From Chrysomallon squamiferum (lineage: Eukaryota > Animalia > Mollusca), in assembly GCA_012295275.1 (NCBI GenBank), contig CM022674.1:14694001-14758000 (forward strand): a stretch of 64,000 nt of DNA, written 5' to 3'. How positions within the stretch are numbered: the first letter of the stretch is position 1; the number at the start of each line of letters is the position of its first letter. A model generated the notes under the pieces. The model was given only the letters and a program-made list of their open reading frames with translations. It ran no database searches and had not been told where the DNA came from. Both the position numbers and the translations under genes were made by a program. This document shows, piece after piece, positions 41,045 to 53,921 of the stretch.

Positions 41045-42978
41045 CTTACCTTTTACTTTATCATCTATTTTTCTTTACAAGTGTTTACCTTTAAGTTTTG
41101 TTATTTCTAGTGTATATTAAGTGTTTACCTTTAAGTGTTGTTATTTCTATTATTATATTAAATGTATTTGCCTTTAAGTACTGCTATTTCTATTATTATA
41201 TTAAATGTTTACTTTTAAGTGTTATATTATGTGTTTACCTTTAAGTCTTGCTATTTCTATTATTACAATTGTTTACCTTTAAATATTGCTATTTCTATTG
41301 TTATATTACATGTTTACCTTTAGGTGTTGCTATTTCAATTATTATATTAAATGTTTACTTTTAAGTGTTATTTCTAGTGTTATATTATGTGTTTACCTTT
41401 AAGTGTTGTTATTTCTAGTGTTATATTAAGTGTGTTTACCTTTAAGTGTTGTTATTTCTACTGTTATATTACGTGTTTACCTTTAAGTGTTGTTATTTCT
41501 AGTGTTATATTAAGTGTGTTTACCTTTAAGTGTTGCTATTTCTACTGTTATATTACGTGTTTACCTTTAAGTGTTGCTATTTCTACTGTTATATTGTGTG
41601 TTTACCTTTAAGTGTTGTTATTTCTCGTGTTATATTACTTGTGTTAACCTTTAAGTGTTGTTATTTCTAGTGTTATATTACTTGTGTTAACCTTTAAGTG
41701 TTGTTATTTCTACTGTTATATTACGTGTGTTTACCTTTAAGTGTTATTTCTAGTGTTATATTATGTGTGTTTACCTTTAAGTATTGTTATTTCTAGTGTT
41801 ATATTATGTGTGTTTACCTTTAAGTGTTGTTATTTCTACTGTTATATTACGTGTGTTTACCTTTAAGTGTTGTTATTTCTAGTGTTATATTATGTGTTTA
41901 ACCTTTAAGTGTTATTTCTACTGTTATATTACTTGTGTTTAACCTTTTAATTGTTATTTCTACTGTTATATTATGTGTGTTTACCTTTAAGTGTTGTTAT
42001 TTCTAGTGTTATATTACGTGTGTTTACCTTTAAGTGTTATTTCTACTGTTATATTACGTGTGTTTACCTTTAAGTGTTGTTATTTCTAGTGTTATATTAC
42101 GTGTGTTTACCTTTAAGTGTTATTTCTAGTGTTATATTATGTGTGTTTACCTTTAAGTGTTGTTATTTCTAGTGTTATATTATGTGTGTTTACCTTTAAG
42201 TATTGTTATTTCTACTGTTATATTACGTGTGTTTACCTTTAAGTGTTGTTATTTCTAGTGTTATATTACGTGTGTTAACCTTTAAGTGTTGCTATTTCTA
42301 GTGTTATATTACGTGTGTTTACCTTTAAGTGTTGTTATTTCTAGTGTTATATTACGTGTTTACCTTTAAGTGTTGTTATTTCTACTGTTATATTACGTGT
42401 GTTTACCTTTAAGTGTTGTTATTTCTAGTGTTATATTACGTGTATTTACCTTTAAGTGTTGTTATTTCTAGTGTTATATTACGTGTTTACCTTTAAGTGT
42501 TGTTATTTCTACTGTTATATTACGTGTGTTTACCTTTAAGTGTTGTTATTTCTAGTGTTATATTATGTGTGTTTACCTTTAAGTGTTGCTATTTCTAGTG
42601 TTATATTACGTGTTTACCTTTAAGTGTTGTTATTTCTAGTGTTATATTACGTGTGTTAACCTTTAAGTGTTGCTATTTCTAGTGTTATATATTGTGTGTT
42701 TTTATCTTTAAGTTTTGCTATTTCTAGTGTTATATTACGTGTGTTTACCTTTAAGTGTTGCTATTTCTAGTGTTATATTATGTGTGTTTACCTTTAAGTG
42801 TTGCTATTTCTAGTGTTATATTACGTGTTTACCTTTAAGTGTTGCTATTTCTAGTGTTATATTACATGTGTTAACCTTTAAGTGTTGCTATTTCTAGTGT
42901 TATATTACGTGTTTACCTTTAAGTGTTGCTATTTCTAGTGTTATATTACGTGTTTACCTTTAAGTGTTGCTATTTCTA
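41045..42978 (-). repeat. 41-43-bp minisatellite (~46 copies) whose unit is the exon-5 3' end plus splice donor
   Basis: Sense-strand unit CTAGAAATAGCAACACTTAAAG|GTAAACACGTAATATAACA; first copy overlaps the exon. Confidence 0.95.
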
Positions 42979-43108
42979 ACTCTTTCTGTTGTTTCATCTG
43001 GTTGAACTCTTCAGTTCGCTGATTTTCCAGGTTCGAATGATCTTCTTTCAGTTTCAGGTTTTCCTGCTGAAGTCGGCCATAGTCTGCTTCCAGTTCATCC
43101 CTCTGACT
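42958..43108 (-). CDS. GOLIM4: GOLIM4-like exon 5
   Basis: ctcaaacAG acceptor, AAG|GTAAAC donor, 151 nt, phase 0-1; SQRDELEADYGRLQQENLKLKEDHSNLENQRTEEFNQMKQQKELEIATLK, cf. remembered human SQHEELKKQHSDLEEE...QQEKEQELSKLK. Confidence 0.9.
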
Positions 43109-43404
43109 CTGTTTGAGTAGAAATAACTTGTTTGTTTGTTTATCTCTTTGTTTATAAATATGTATAAATTTAAGTAAGCTATGCAGATATAAATATGTGT
43201 AAGCTTAAATAAAATAGTTATAGAAAGATATGAAAATGTAAAGGTTCAAATAAAAGTTATAGAAAAAATCAAAATGTGTAAATTTAAATAAAGCAATTAT
43301 AAAAATATAAACATATATAAATTTAAATAAAACAGTTACAGAGATAAAAAAAAAAAGTAATGAATAAAAACTAGTAATACATCTGAAGAAAATGTGGCTC
43401 TCAC

Positions 43405-43458
43405 CTTTAGCATTTTATGCTGTTGTGTCAGTGCATTCATGCGCATGGCAAAGTCTTG
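43405..43458 (-). CDS. GOLIM4: GOLIM4-like exon 4
   Basis: 54 nt, AG/GTGAGA; QDFAMRMNALTQQHKMLK, cf. human QDSNSRYSALNVQHQMLK. Confidence 0.9.
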
Positions 43459-44001
43459 CTGAACATTAGAACATTTAGACAAATTTAGATTCATAACATT
43501 CATACACATAGGTAAATACATAAAGAATGAAATCATCAAGATTAATTATAGAAAATTACTTTAATAAATTAAATTTAAATCTGATTTAGTTTATACATAA
43601 TGTAATAAACTGTATTACTGTAATAACTTAAATTAACAATTAAAATCAAGTGTGTAAGATATTACAATAATTTAAGTAGACTAACAATAAATCAAGTAAA
43701 TTAAAAAGATATTAGATATTACAATAATTTAAGTAGACTAACAATAAATCAAGTAAATTAAAAAGATATTGTAGTTTATATAGATTGACAAAAAAATCAA
43801 GAAATAAAAAGATATCGCAATAATTTATATAGATTGACAATAAAATCAAGAAACAAAAAATCCTGTAATAATTTAAATAGATGTGACAATAAAATCAAGA
43901 AACAAAAAATACTCCAATAATTTATATAGATTGACAATAAAATCAAGAAATAAAAAGAATACTTTAAATAGACTAACAAGGTTAAAATAAATTCAACTCA
44001 C

Positions 44002-44051
44002 TTTTGTGTTTTCACATGTTTGTTGTAGACTTTCTTTAGACTTCATCAAAT
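44002..44051 (-). CDS. GOLIM4: GOLIM4-like exon 3
   Basis: atttttcAG acceptor, GTGAGT donor, 50 nt, phase 1-0; DLMKSKESLQQTCENTK. Confidence 0.85.
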
Positions 44052-44523
44052 CTGAAAAATAAAACAAGTCACAATTTATACTGAATAAACACAAATCACT
44101 ATAATTATATTCAGTAGCAAGTGAGAATATCCTTGAAAATGGAAAATTTCAAAAATTGATAAATGTATCTCCAAATTAAAAAATAAAAATAGTTAAATAT
44201 ATGAATAAATAAATAAAAATATACTTAAATATAAATAAATAAACTAAAATAAGAATTATTTCATTTTATTTTACTACAATTACACAAGACAGAAACTGAT
44301 GACCACCAAGTCTATAAATAGAACTAAAAGGAAATAAAAATGCTTGATCTCTGACCACTGGTCATGTTCCATACAAACACTCAGCAGTGAGATTTACATT
44401 TGTCAGTTCAGTTAAAATATACAGTGAAATACCCAGCTGACTTTGAACTTTACAAAGCATAAAAACAGCCACTTCAGAATATTTTATGTTCATCAGCTAA
44501 ACTGCATGGATTAAGTTTGATTT

Positions 44524-44830
44524 TAATGTAGATTTAGTGTATAATTTACTTAATGTAGATTTAGAGTATAATTTACTTAATGTAGATTTAGTGTATAATT
44601 TATTTAATGTAGATTTAGTGTATAATTTACTTAATGTAGATTTAGTGTATAATTTACTTAATGTAGATTTAGTGTATAATTTACTTAATGTAGATTTAGT
44701 GTATAATTTACTTAATGTAGATTTAGAGTATAATTTACTTAATGTAGATTTAGTGTATAATTTACTTAATGTAGATTTAGTGTATAATTTACTTAATGTA
44801 GATTTAGTGTATAATTTACTTAATGTAGGT
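44524..44830. repeat. 27-bp minisatellite, ~11 copies
   Basis: aatgtagatttagtgtataatttactt. Confidence 0.95.
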
Positions 44831-45111
44831 GTAATTTAGTTTGTAATCCACTCGGTGCAGATTTAGTGTATATTTTTCTCAGTGTATATGTAGGGTAATA
44901 TGTAATTTATTAAATGCAGATTCAGAGCATGCTTAAAGATGTTTATTAGACACAGAAAACATTCAAAACACCTTAACTTACATATACACTCAAAACACAT
45001 TCCTTTCTTTCTTTTTTTTATTATTATTATTATTATTATTTTATTTATTGTTTTTTTTATTTTTTTTTATTTTTTTGTTTATAGAGAGAAAAATGTTAAT
45101 CTTGCATCTTC

Positions 45112-45307
45112 ATAATATACTTGTATTTACTGTAAAACGTTACTATTAGGAAGCTCTGACATAATATACTTGTATTTACTGTAAAACGTTACTATTAGGA
45201 AGCTCTGACATAATATACTTGTATTTACTGTAAAACGTTACTATTAGGAAGCTCTGACATAATATACTTGCATTTACTGTAAAACGTTACTATTAGGAAG
45301 CTGTGAC
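45112..45307. repeat. ~49-bp tandem repeat, 4 copies
   Basis: cataatatacttgtatttactgtaaaacgttactattaggaagctctga. Confidence 0.95.
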
Positions 45308-45735
45308 TGCTACTAACAAAAGACAGTAATTGTTTGAAAGCCTCAGTTAAATACTAAATTTGCATACTTTGATGTATTCGATTTCAAATCATTCTAGTGA
45401 TAAAATGTCTACAAAATGCTAATCATCCTGGAAACAGCTGCCTGCAGGAAACATTTGATGCATTCAAACATTCATGCAACAGACAACAGTTTTCTGAACA
45501 GTAATACAAAGAAAAAAGAGAAAAATGTCATGCAGCAGTCAAATACAAGACAGATGTTTTTACATCACAGTGGCTGCTTTAATTTCATTAACAAGCACAT
45601 TTCTGTTAATACAACAGACTCTGACATTAACATTAAAACATAAAAAGGAGTTTTCATGAAGAGCTGATGAATATCACATTATAAAATGTATATGTATGTA
45701 CGTATGTATGTATACATTATTAAATTCACCAATAT

Positions 45736-46003
45736 CAGATAAAACATGAAATAACAATACTGGCTGTATTAAAATACACATGATTAAAAACCTGTATATA
45801 ATAATATATATAAACAACACTTTCAGTCTGATATTGATGTAAATTATTTATAAATTCTGCAGATCAATACACATACAAACTAGCAAATAAATACATCACA
45901 CTTGTTCTCTGAAATATTTTTACACACACACAAAATGCATTTTCAAATATACCTTTCCAAGCACTTACTAAATACACATAATACAGTTTACAAACACAAA
46001 TAC

Positions 46004-46015
<12 letters not shown>
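45736..46015. repeat. Dispersed direct repeat, copy B
   Basis: Matches 38633-38930 with a short internal deletion and few substitutions. Confidence 0.9.
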
Positions 46016-46034
<19 letters not shown>

Positions 46035-46443
46035 TAATAAATGTAGGTGTAAACCTGATATAAAAACAAAAACAGATATAAATTTTAAAACATTACATCT
46101 CTGCTTGACATACACAATTCACTGAAAAACAACAGACAATAAAAAGAGTTATGGAAGTTAGTTTTACAGTTTGTCAGTTATTAACGCAGGTGTTAGTCTA
46201 TAGCACAGTTGTTAGACTGTGCTAGTACTATAAAATTCAGTTTTTTAAGTAAGAAACACTAACAAATACTAACTCATACTTGTATTCTGTTTAATAAGAA
46301 GTATTTTTCTCACATAGTGACACAGTATACATGAAAACTGCACTGACTAGTTAGTTCAGCATGCCAACCTGCATGCACAGCGCTACACATGCAACCTTTA
46401 GTACTAAACTAAACCAGGCAGAGCGTGGGGGAAACTCCTGAAA

Positions 46444-47998
46444 CCATTAGTACCATATGCATGTCTGTTTTAGTACCACTTGTACCTTATAGTACCATAT
46501 GTACCTTATACAGTTACAGTACCATTTAGTAGCTCAAAGACCTTTTAGTACCATCTATGTAACTACTGGTACCCTTATGTATCTATTAGTACAATATGTG
46601 TACATTTTAGTACCATATATCAGAACTGCATGTTTTTTAGTAATGCTATGAATCTTTCTGTACCATTATGTACTTATTAGAACAATTTATGTATCTGTAA
46701 GTACCATATACAACTGTTAGTGCATTACTCTATCTTTCAGTACCATTACCTTTTAACAGTATCATATATGTACCATGTTTATTTGTATCATATATGTACC
46801 AAATTGTACAATTTTGTACTGTTCAGTACCATTAGGCATTACATTTTATTTTTTTGACCATATTATATATATATATACCTTTTAGTACCATACATGTATC
46901 TACTAGTATCATATGTACTTTTTAGTACTATTATACACCAATTACTGCCTTTATCATTTATTTCCCAATTAATACAACAATTTATCTGTTAGAGTAAATA
47001 TATACCAACAACTGAGATCATGTATGTTATAAGTACCAATATATATAAATACACATTACACTATTACTATCATTCAGGTACATCAAACTATTACTACAGA
47101 CACATGAAACTATTTGTACAGTGATGTACATCAAACTATTAGTATAGTCACGAACATCAAACTATTAATATAGTCGCATACATCAAACTATTACTACAGT
47201 TGCATACATCAAACTATTACTACAGTCGCATACATCAAACTATTAGTACAGTCACATACATGAAACTATTAGTGTAGTCATGTACATCAAACTATTAGTA
47301 GTCACGTAAATTAAACTATTAATATAGTCGCATACATCAAACTATTAGCAATCACATACATGAAACTATTAGTATAATCATGTACATTTAACTATTAGTA
47401 TAGACATTTGCACATATCAAACTGTTACTACAGTTGCATACATCAAACTATGACTACAGTTGCATACATCAAACTATTACTACAGTTGCATACATCAAAC
47501 TATTAGTAGTCACATACATTAAACTATTAGTATAATCATGTACATTAAACTATTAGTATAGTCACGTACATCAAACTATTAGTACAGTCACACACATTAC
47601 ATTATTAGTATAGTCACGTACATCAAACTATTAGTACAGTCACACACATTACATTATTAGTATAGTCATGTACATCAAACTATTAGTACAGTCACACACA
47701 TTACATTATTAGTATAGTCATGTACATCAAACTATTAGTACTGTAACATACATTAAACTATTAGTATAGTCACACATCAAATTATTAGTACTGTAAAGTA
47801 CATCAATTACTAAAGTCATGTACACCAAAACTATTAGTACAGCCGCATACATCAGTTACTAAAGTCACGTACATCAAACTATTAGTACAGTCGCATACAT
47901 CAAACTATTAGTACAGTCACATACATCAAACTATTAGTACAGTCGCATACATCAAACTATTAGTACAGTCACATACATCAAACTATTAGTACAGTCAT
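46444..47998. repeat. Degenerate tagtaccat-rich repeat followed by a ~26-30-bp minisatellite
   Basis: Left part: recurring ttagtacca; from ~47078: tacatcaaactattagtacagtcgca/cacata units. Confidence 0.85.
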
Positions 47999-48329
47999 AA
48001 AAATTAAATTAAGTAGAACGTGTAATATTTCTTTTAGGTTTATTAATAAAACTGACTTAGTTTAGGTTAGGAGCAATCAATTCATTGCAACAGATCTTTA
48101 GAATGATTGGTTCTGTATGAGTGTTATGAACTGACTCAGTTTTATGTACTAAAATCTTAGTCACACTCCAGTAAATGAACAATTTCAATCAGGTTTGTAT
48201 TTTTCTTTATCTGTCACAGCTGTAGAAGCAAGTTTAACAATTAATAACTGTAGAAACAAGAGAACTGAAGAAACAATTGCTGTAATAGAAATATTTCTCA
48301 TATGTGACGTTGTACAAGCAATTTCTAAG

Positions 48330-49060
48330 TGGGATATTGAAGTAGAAACTTTTATTATATAAGATATTGAAGTAGAAACAATTCTTATATAAGGCATTGA
48401 AGGAAAAATAAGTTTTATGTATGGTACTGAAGCAGAAACTATTATTATTTATGGGACTGAAGTAGAAACTTTTATTATGTATGGCATTGAAGTAGAAACT
48501 TTTATTGTGTATAGTATTCAAACAGAAACTATTATTATTTATGGTATTGAAGAAGAAACTATTATTATTTACGGTATTGAAGTAGAAACTTTTATTATAT
48601 GTGGTATTGAAGTAGAAACTTTTATTATGTGTGGTATTGAAGTAGAAACTATTATTATGTATGGCACTGAAGTAGAAACTTTTATTATGTATGGCATTGA
48701 AGTAGAAACTTTTATTATGTGTGGTATTCAAATAGAATCTTTTATTATGTATGGTATTGAAGTAGAAACTTTTATTATGTATGATATTTAAACAGAAACT
48801 TTTATTATGTATGGCACTGAAGTAGAAACTTTTATTATGTATATTTAAACAGAAACTTTTACTATGTTTGACACTGAAGTAGAAACTTTTATTATGTGGT
48901 ATTTAAACAGAAACTTTTATTATATATGACATTCAAGCAGAAACTATTATTATTTATGGTATTGAAGTAGAAACAATTACTACATATGTCACTGAAATAG
49001 AACATTTTAGTATGTATGGCATTTAAGTAGAAACTGTTACTATGTATGGCACTGAAGTAG
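48330..49060. repeat. 30-bp minisatellite, ~24 copies
   Basis: ggtattgaagtagaaacttttattatgtat. Confidence 0.93.
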
Positions 49061-49098
49061 ATTTGTTTTCCCCAGGCTCTGTCCTAGTCCTCACTTAC

Positions 49099-49173
49099 CA
49101 GACTGTATCTTTAAATGGATTAGTTTTTCTTCCTTTAAATGAGTTTCTAGCCGACCTTTCTGTTCATTGATAA
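49099..49173 (-). CDS. GOLIM4: GOLIM4-like exon 2
   Basis: gatttttcAG acceptor, CTG|GTAAGT donor, 75 nt, phase 1-1; VINEQKGRLETHLKEEKLIHLKIQS, cf. human VVYEHRSRLEKSLQKERLEHKKAKE. Confidence 0.9.
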
Positions 49174-50260
49174 CTGAAAAATCAGGCAGTTATACATACA
49201 TACAGTGCAGAAAGGCTTAAATGTAACTACAACAAATTAATTTCTGTTCACAGAGATTCAAAAAGAGAGGGTCCTTTCTGTTCTTTTTCTCTTTTTTTCC
49301 TTTTCTCTTTTTTCATATATGTATGTATGTATATATATATACACACACATATCATGTATTCTGTAAGCAAATCGCCACATTCAGTATCAGTCCACTTTTC
49401 ATTAGCTACATGAATATATACTACATTTGTGAGCATATATGTATAATGTGTGTGTGTGTGGTTACACATGAAACTGGAAAGGATAAAAATCATACAACTG
49501 AGCTGAGCATGTTTCTGTTCCTGACATCCTGCAGTGACCACCTCCTCAGTGATTATCAATACTAATTCCTACACTGCTTGTCTGATTTATGCTCAGCTAC
49601 ATCACCATCTTGTTACACTCAAGAGCTTTTATCTCAGTTTGTCATTTAAAAATGTGAAATCTGACATCACCACCAAATTGGTTACTAATACTAAACACAA
49701 CTAAGAATTTTATTTTCATAAAACACTGAATGCAATCTAAGTACAGAGTAACTGATATGTTGTAAAAATTAAATCTGAATCAAAAAAACTAACTTTAAGT
49801 TCAGGATACATTTTAATCTTGTTTGTGGCTAAACCATGATTAAAATTAAAAATGATTCTGTGTTAAATGATTTTAATTATTACTATTTTTATTTTTTTTT
49901 TTTTTTTTGCTACTAATGTCTATTGATTCTATACAGCAATTAATGAGTAGTAATTATACATACAGCTAACTCCTTAATTCACCATAAAATATTCTTCATC
50001 TTATTTTGTGACAAAAAAAAAGAAAAAGAAAACCCTGTAAAATTAAAAGAAAAATTTGTATTCTGCATTATATATATTATTTCTTATTTATTTATTTATT
50101 TATTATTATTTTTTTTTTGTTGTAATAACAGCACATACAAATTATATAATTATAAAATGTTCACATATAAAAGCAACTGGTTGCAGCTATGGATTATTCT
50201 TGATATGTTGGAGGGAACATCATATGAAATCTAATTTATTAGTAATACGTTTTGTAAATC

Positions 50261-50296
<36 letters not shown>

Positions 50297-51744
50297 TTGA
50301 TTTATTTACTGAAGTGAAATGTGCACAATTTATTAGCATTTTTAAGTAATAAAAATGTGAGAGAATGTTTAATATTTAATATATCTACTTCAAAATTGTT
50401 ATGATAATGATGCAGTTATTCATCCATTAAAGAAACTGTTGTTATAAGTAGGATTTTACATTGAATTACATGTCCTGATTTTCTTAGTGTCACATTTTTT
50501 CTTTAAGTGTTTGTGCATATTATCTAATGCTGTGACATCTACTGATGTTTTCTCCTATCAGAATATGCAGACCATTAAATGTTCAGTTAAGTATTTTCAT
50601 AAAATATTTATTTTTAACAATTTTCATTTCTTTTTTATTATTGTTTTTGTGCCAAAGTTCATTAAAATGTTGGGAACAATTATTTAAAATACTAAATGTA
50701 AGTAAATTCAAAGGGTAAAGGAATATTCACGTACAAAGTTACACTGATTTAGTTATATTATTTACTGATTACATCAATTATTGTTTATCTGTTTCTATGT
50801 AATAATCTTAATCCCAGTAACTGATATGTAATAACAGAGTAGGCTGATAAAAATTATTCTTGTATCATAATACTGTTTTCACTATTAATGATAAAAAAAT
50901 ATGTAAATAAAAATAAATTTCATAACCACTGAATTAGCAACAAATGGATTGTGACAAGAACTATAAATAACTGTAGTTGTCAAAATACATTTAACACTAA
51001 CAGCCAACATTTAGCACTTGGTCTTCACTAGACATTGTTTGTTACTAGTTTACTTCTAACTGTGGGTAATTTTCACAATACATGGAGTTATTGAGTGCGA
51101 ACTTTGTCAATCACATTTTTATTGTTTTATAAATTACATACCAGGAGACTTTAGCATATTTAACAGTCAGATGTGTTTAATGCTGCTAAATTAACAGAGA
51201 CATTTGTTTCATGTATTTTTATTTTTATTTTTTAAACTCATCTAACTGACAGTGAAACTTTAAACTGAAAAGCACAAAATCACTTGAAGCAAATTGATAA
51301 TATTTCCCATTCCAAGCACAATGCCTACACTTTCCTTTCTATGAAAAGGTAAGCATATAAAAGATTCTTCTTTTTTCTTCTTTTTTTCAGTTTTATTCAT
51401 GGTATTCATACCAAAACTGTAGATTTAGTGATATTACATGTTTCTGTTGTGACATTTAATACTGACAGTAATAACAAAACATACATTATTATTTAAATCA
51501 AATACTACTGGAAAAACAAAATCCTAGAAATTATGATGGTTTATTATAAAATACCCGTATATGATTATATACCATTCATACAGAATTATTTTTAGAATTC
51601 AATCTTTGAAACAGTTTATTTATTTCTATTTTTTTTTGGGGGGGTGAGGTTAATATTAAATCAAATTAAAACATTAAATAAAATGATATTAAGGTGACAT
51701 CAGATTAGTTTCAGTAGATAAACAAATTTGTTTTGACGTCCTAC

Positions 51745-51916
51745 CTTGTAACTGAGCCACTTTAGATTCTTCCCCTCTCCTGTAACGTTCAGCCGTTCTT
51801 TCTGCTTCCTTCAATCGATTTGATGTTGAATTGTATAAATAAAGTACATAAATTCCACCGACAATAAATAAAGCATAAACAATTAGTTTGATTGGTGGTC
51901 CACCTCTACCCGTCAT
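51745..51916 (-). CDS. GOLIM4: GOLIM4/GPP130-like Golgi integral membrane protein, first coding exon (cytosolic tail, signal anchor, start of coiled coil)
   Basis: MTGRGGPPIK-LIVYALFIVGGIYVLYLY-NSTSNRLKEAERTAERYRRGEESKVAQLQ, cf. human LRKAEAVALKYQQHQESLSAQLQ; donor AAG|GTAGGA (51743-44). All 15 exons join in frame to 2262 nt after one 1-bp correction. Confidence 0.9.
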
Positions 51917-51984
51917 CCTGCTAGATTATGAGAACTGTAATATACAAAAAAAAAACCTACTTCTTAAAAACTGACAAGTTTACA

Positions 51985-52185
51985 CGTTTCAACATCCATT
52001 AAAGTCGACTGGTCATCGCAGCTATTTAAGAAATCGTGTATATTCACGTCGGTACAGTCGAAGAAACCGGTTAATTTGGCTTACACATTACAATAGAACT
52101 GCAGGCAGGGTCATGTAATGAACAATTAACATTTATAGAAACAGGTTATAGATGATGACGGAAACGTGGCAACATACACATTTCT
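51985..52185 (-). promoter_or_regulatory. Putative GOLIM4 promoter
   Basis: CpG cluster 70-270 bp upstream of the ATG; CGGAA (ETS-like) and ACGTGGC (52164-52170). Confidence 0.55.
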
Positions 52186-52859
52186 TTTTATGTTGTCACT
52201 AATTGAATCACAGAATAAATTATTATAATTTTATTTATATATTAAACTCAATTTCTGTTTTTATTTATTTATTTATTCTAAAAGTAGACATGAAAGTAGC
52301 AGTCAATCACATTTTTGAAAAAGCCCTCAAAATGAGTTCCACAGACCGTAATCTGCATCTAAAACAGGTAGCAAGGCAACACTGAACTGTAATTCACTGA
52401 TAACAATTATTAAATATTTTTAAATAAAATTTCTCTAAAGTCAACGCCTGGTTCATTCAAACCTAGCAAACTAGCAGAATCTCTCCATGCTGCTATTTTG
52501 CAGATAAACTTGACACGTCAGTGGACGCATTCTGTTCTGTAACTTTTAATATCCAGTGTCATTAATGATGAGTAAATTAAATATGTCATACAGTACTGCG
52601 ATTTAAAATACTGTCATTTTGTTTCAAAGCGTTCGTGAAAACAGTTTGTATTAAATTATTAAAAAATAAATATTCTCCTTTCCAAAACGAAGTATGTTAC
52701 TGAAAATAGGCCGTCTGTGGGTGATGTCAATAAAGCAAAACTGAAGTCGAACGAAAAGTGTCCATATAACAAATATTATTATTTATTTTATTTAAAACAA
52801 TCGATTTAAGACGATGTAGCACATTATAAACTCAGATCACAGTGAAAAATAATGTTGAA

Positions 52860-53148
52860 TAAACACATATACAAACACAACAAAACACAGACACAACACA
52901 CAATACGCACATAAACACAGAAACACGCATAACAACCAACATACGCAAGATAACACCGAACAAAATCACATAATACAAATCATATACCCAGCACACACAC
53001 AACACACAGAAACATACATAACACACAAAAACACATAATACATCAAACACACAACACACAGAAACATACATAACACACAAAAACACATAATCCTGAACAC
53101 ACAGAAAAACACATAACACATCACACACACAACACACACACAACACAG
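52860..53148. repeat. CA-rich low-complexity tract
   Basis: Direct inspection. Confidence 0.85.
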
Positions 53149-53863
53149 AGCAGGCCATCGTTCGGTTGTTCGTTAAATCGCAGATGTTTCAAAACGATAC
53201 CGTTTTAACAAGTTTCTCATTTATTATAATTTTTGAACTGTGTATTATTTAATGTACTCGATGCATTCTTATATTATAAGATATTTACACGTACGAGACA
53301 TAATTAATTTAGGTGAAAGTTTTGGGTAAATTAAATACTAAGTGTTTAATTTTAGACATTTTGAAAAATTAAAATATTGTTTAGGTTAGGTATTAAAGAT
53401 TTTAACTTTTCGAAACTGCATCAAGCATTCTACTATGCATATTTTAAAAGAAAATATTCAAGTCTCTGTAATTAGCATTATTATTCTTATTGACACCACA
53501 CACACACACACACACACACACACATAAGAAAGGATAATCTAACAGAACTAAATTTTATTAATTTCTACTTTTAATTTTTAGCGTTAGTCCTATTCCATTA
53601 AAGTAGTAAAACATCTTCAGTGTGCTAAACCACACTTTATTTTTATTTTAGAGAGCGCTTAGGAAAAATGAGCAAACTGTAAATAGGCCGATACTGTTAC
53701 AAGACGCGTGAAACGTGAATATATCAACACATTCGTCGGCTTTCTCGCCTGATCACTGTGAAAATTAATGTCACAAATAAAGTGAAACCAATCAAAACGA
53801 AGTGCTTAAAAAACGATGGAAAAAGCACCGAATAACGGTAAACTTACACATGAATATATTTTT

Positions 53864-53921
<58 letters not shown>

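Noticed and set aside
44537-48791. Repeat-peptide ORFs (YNLLNVDLV, YGIEVETFIM and their antisense)
   Set aside because: Translations of intronic 27- and 30-bp minisatellites without splice support.
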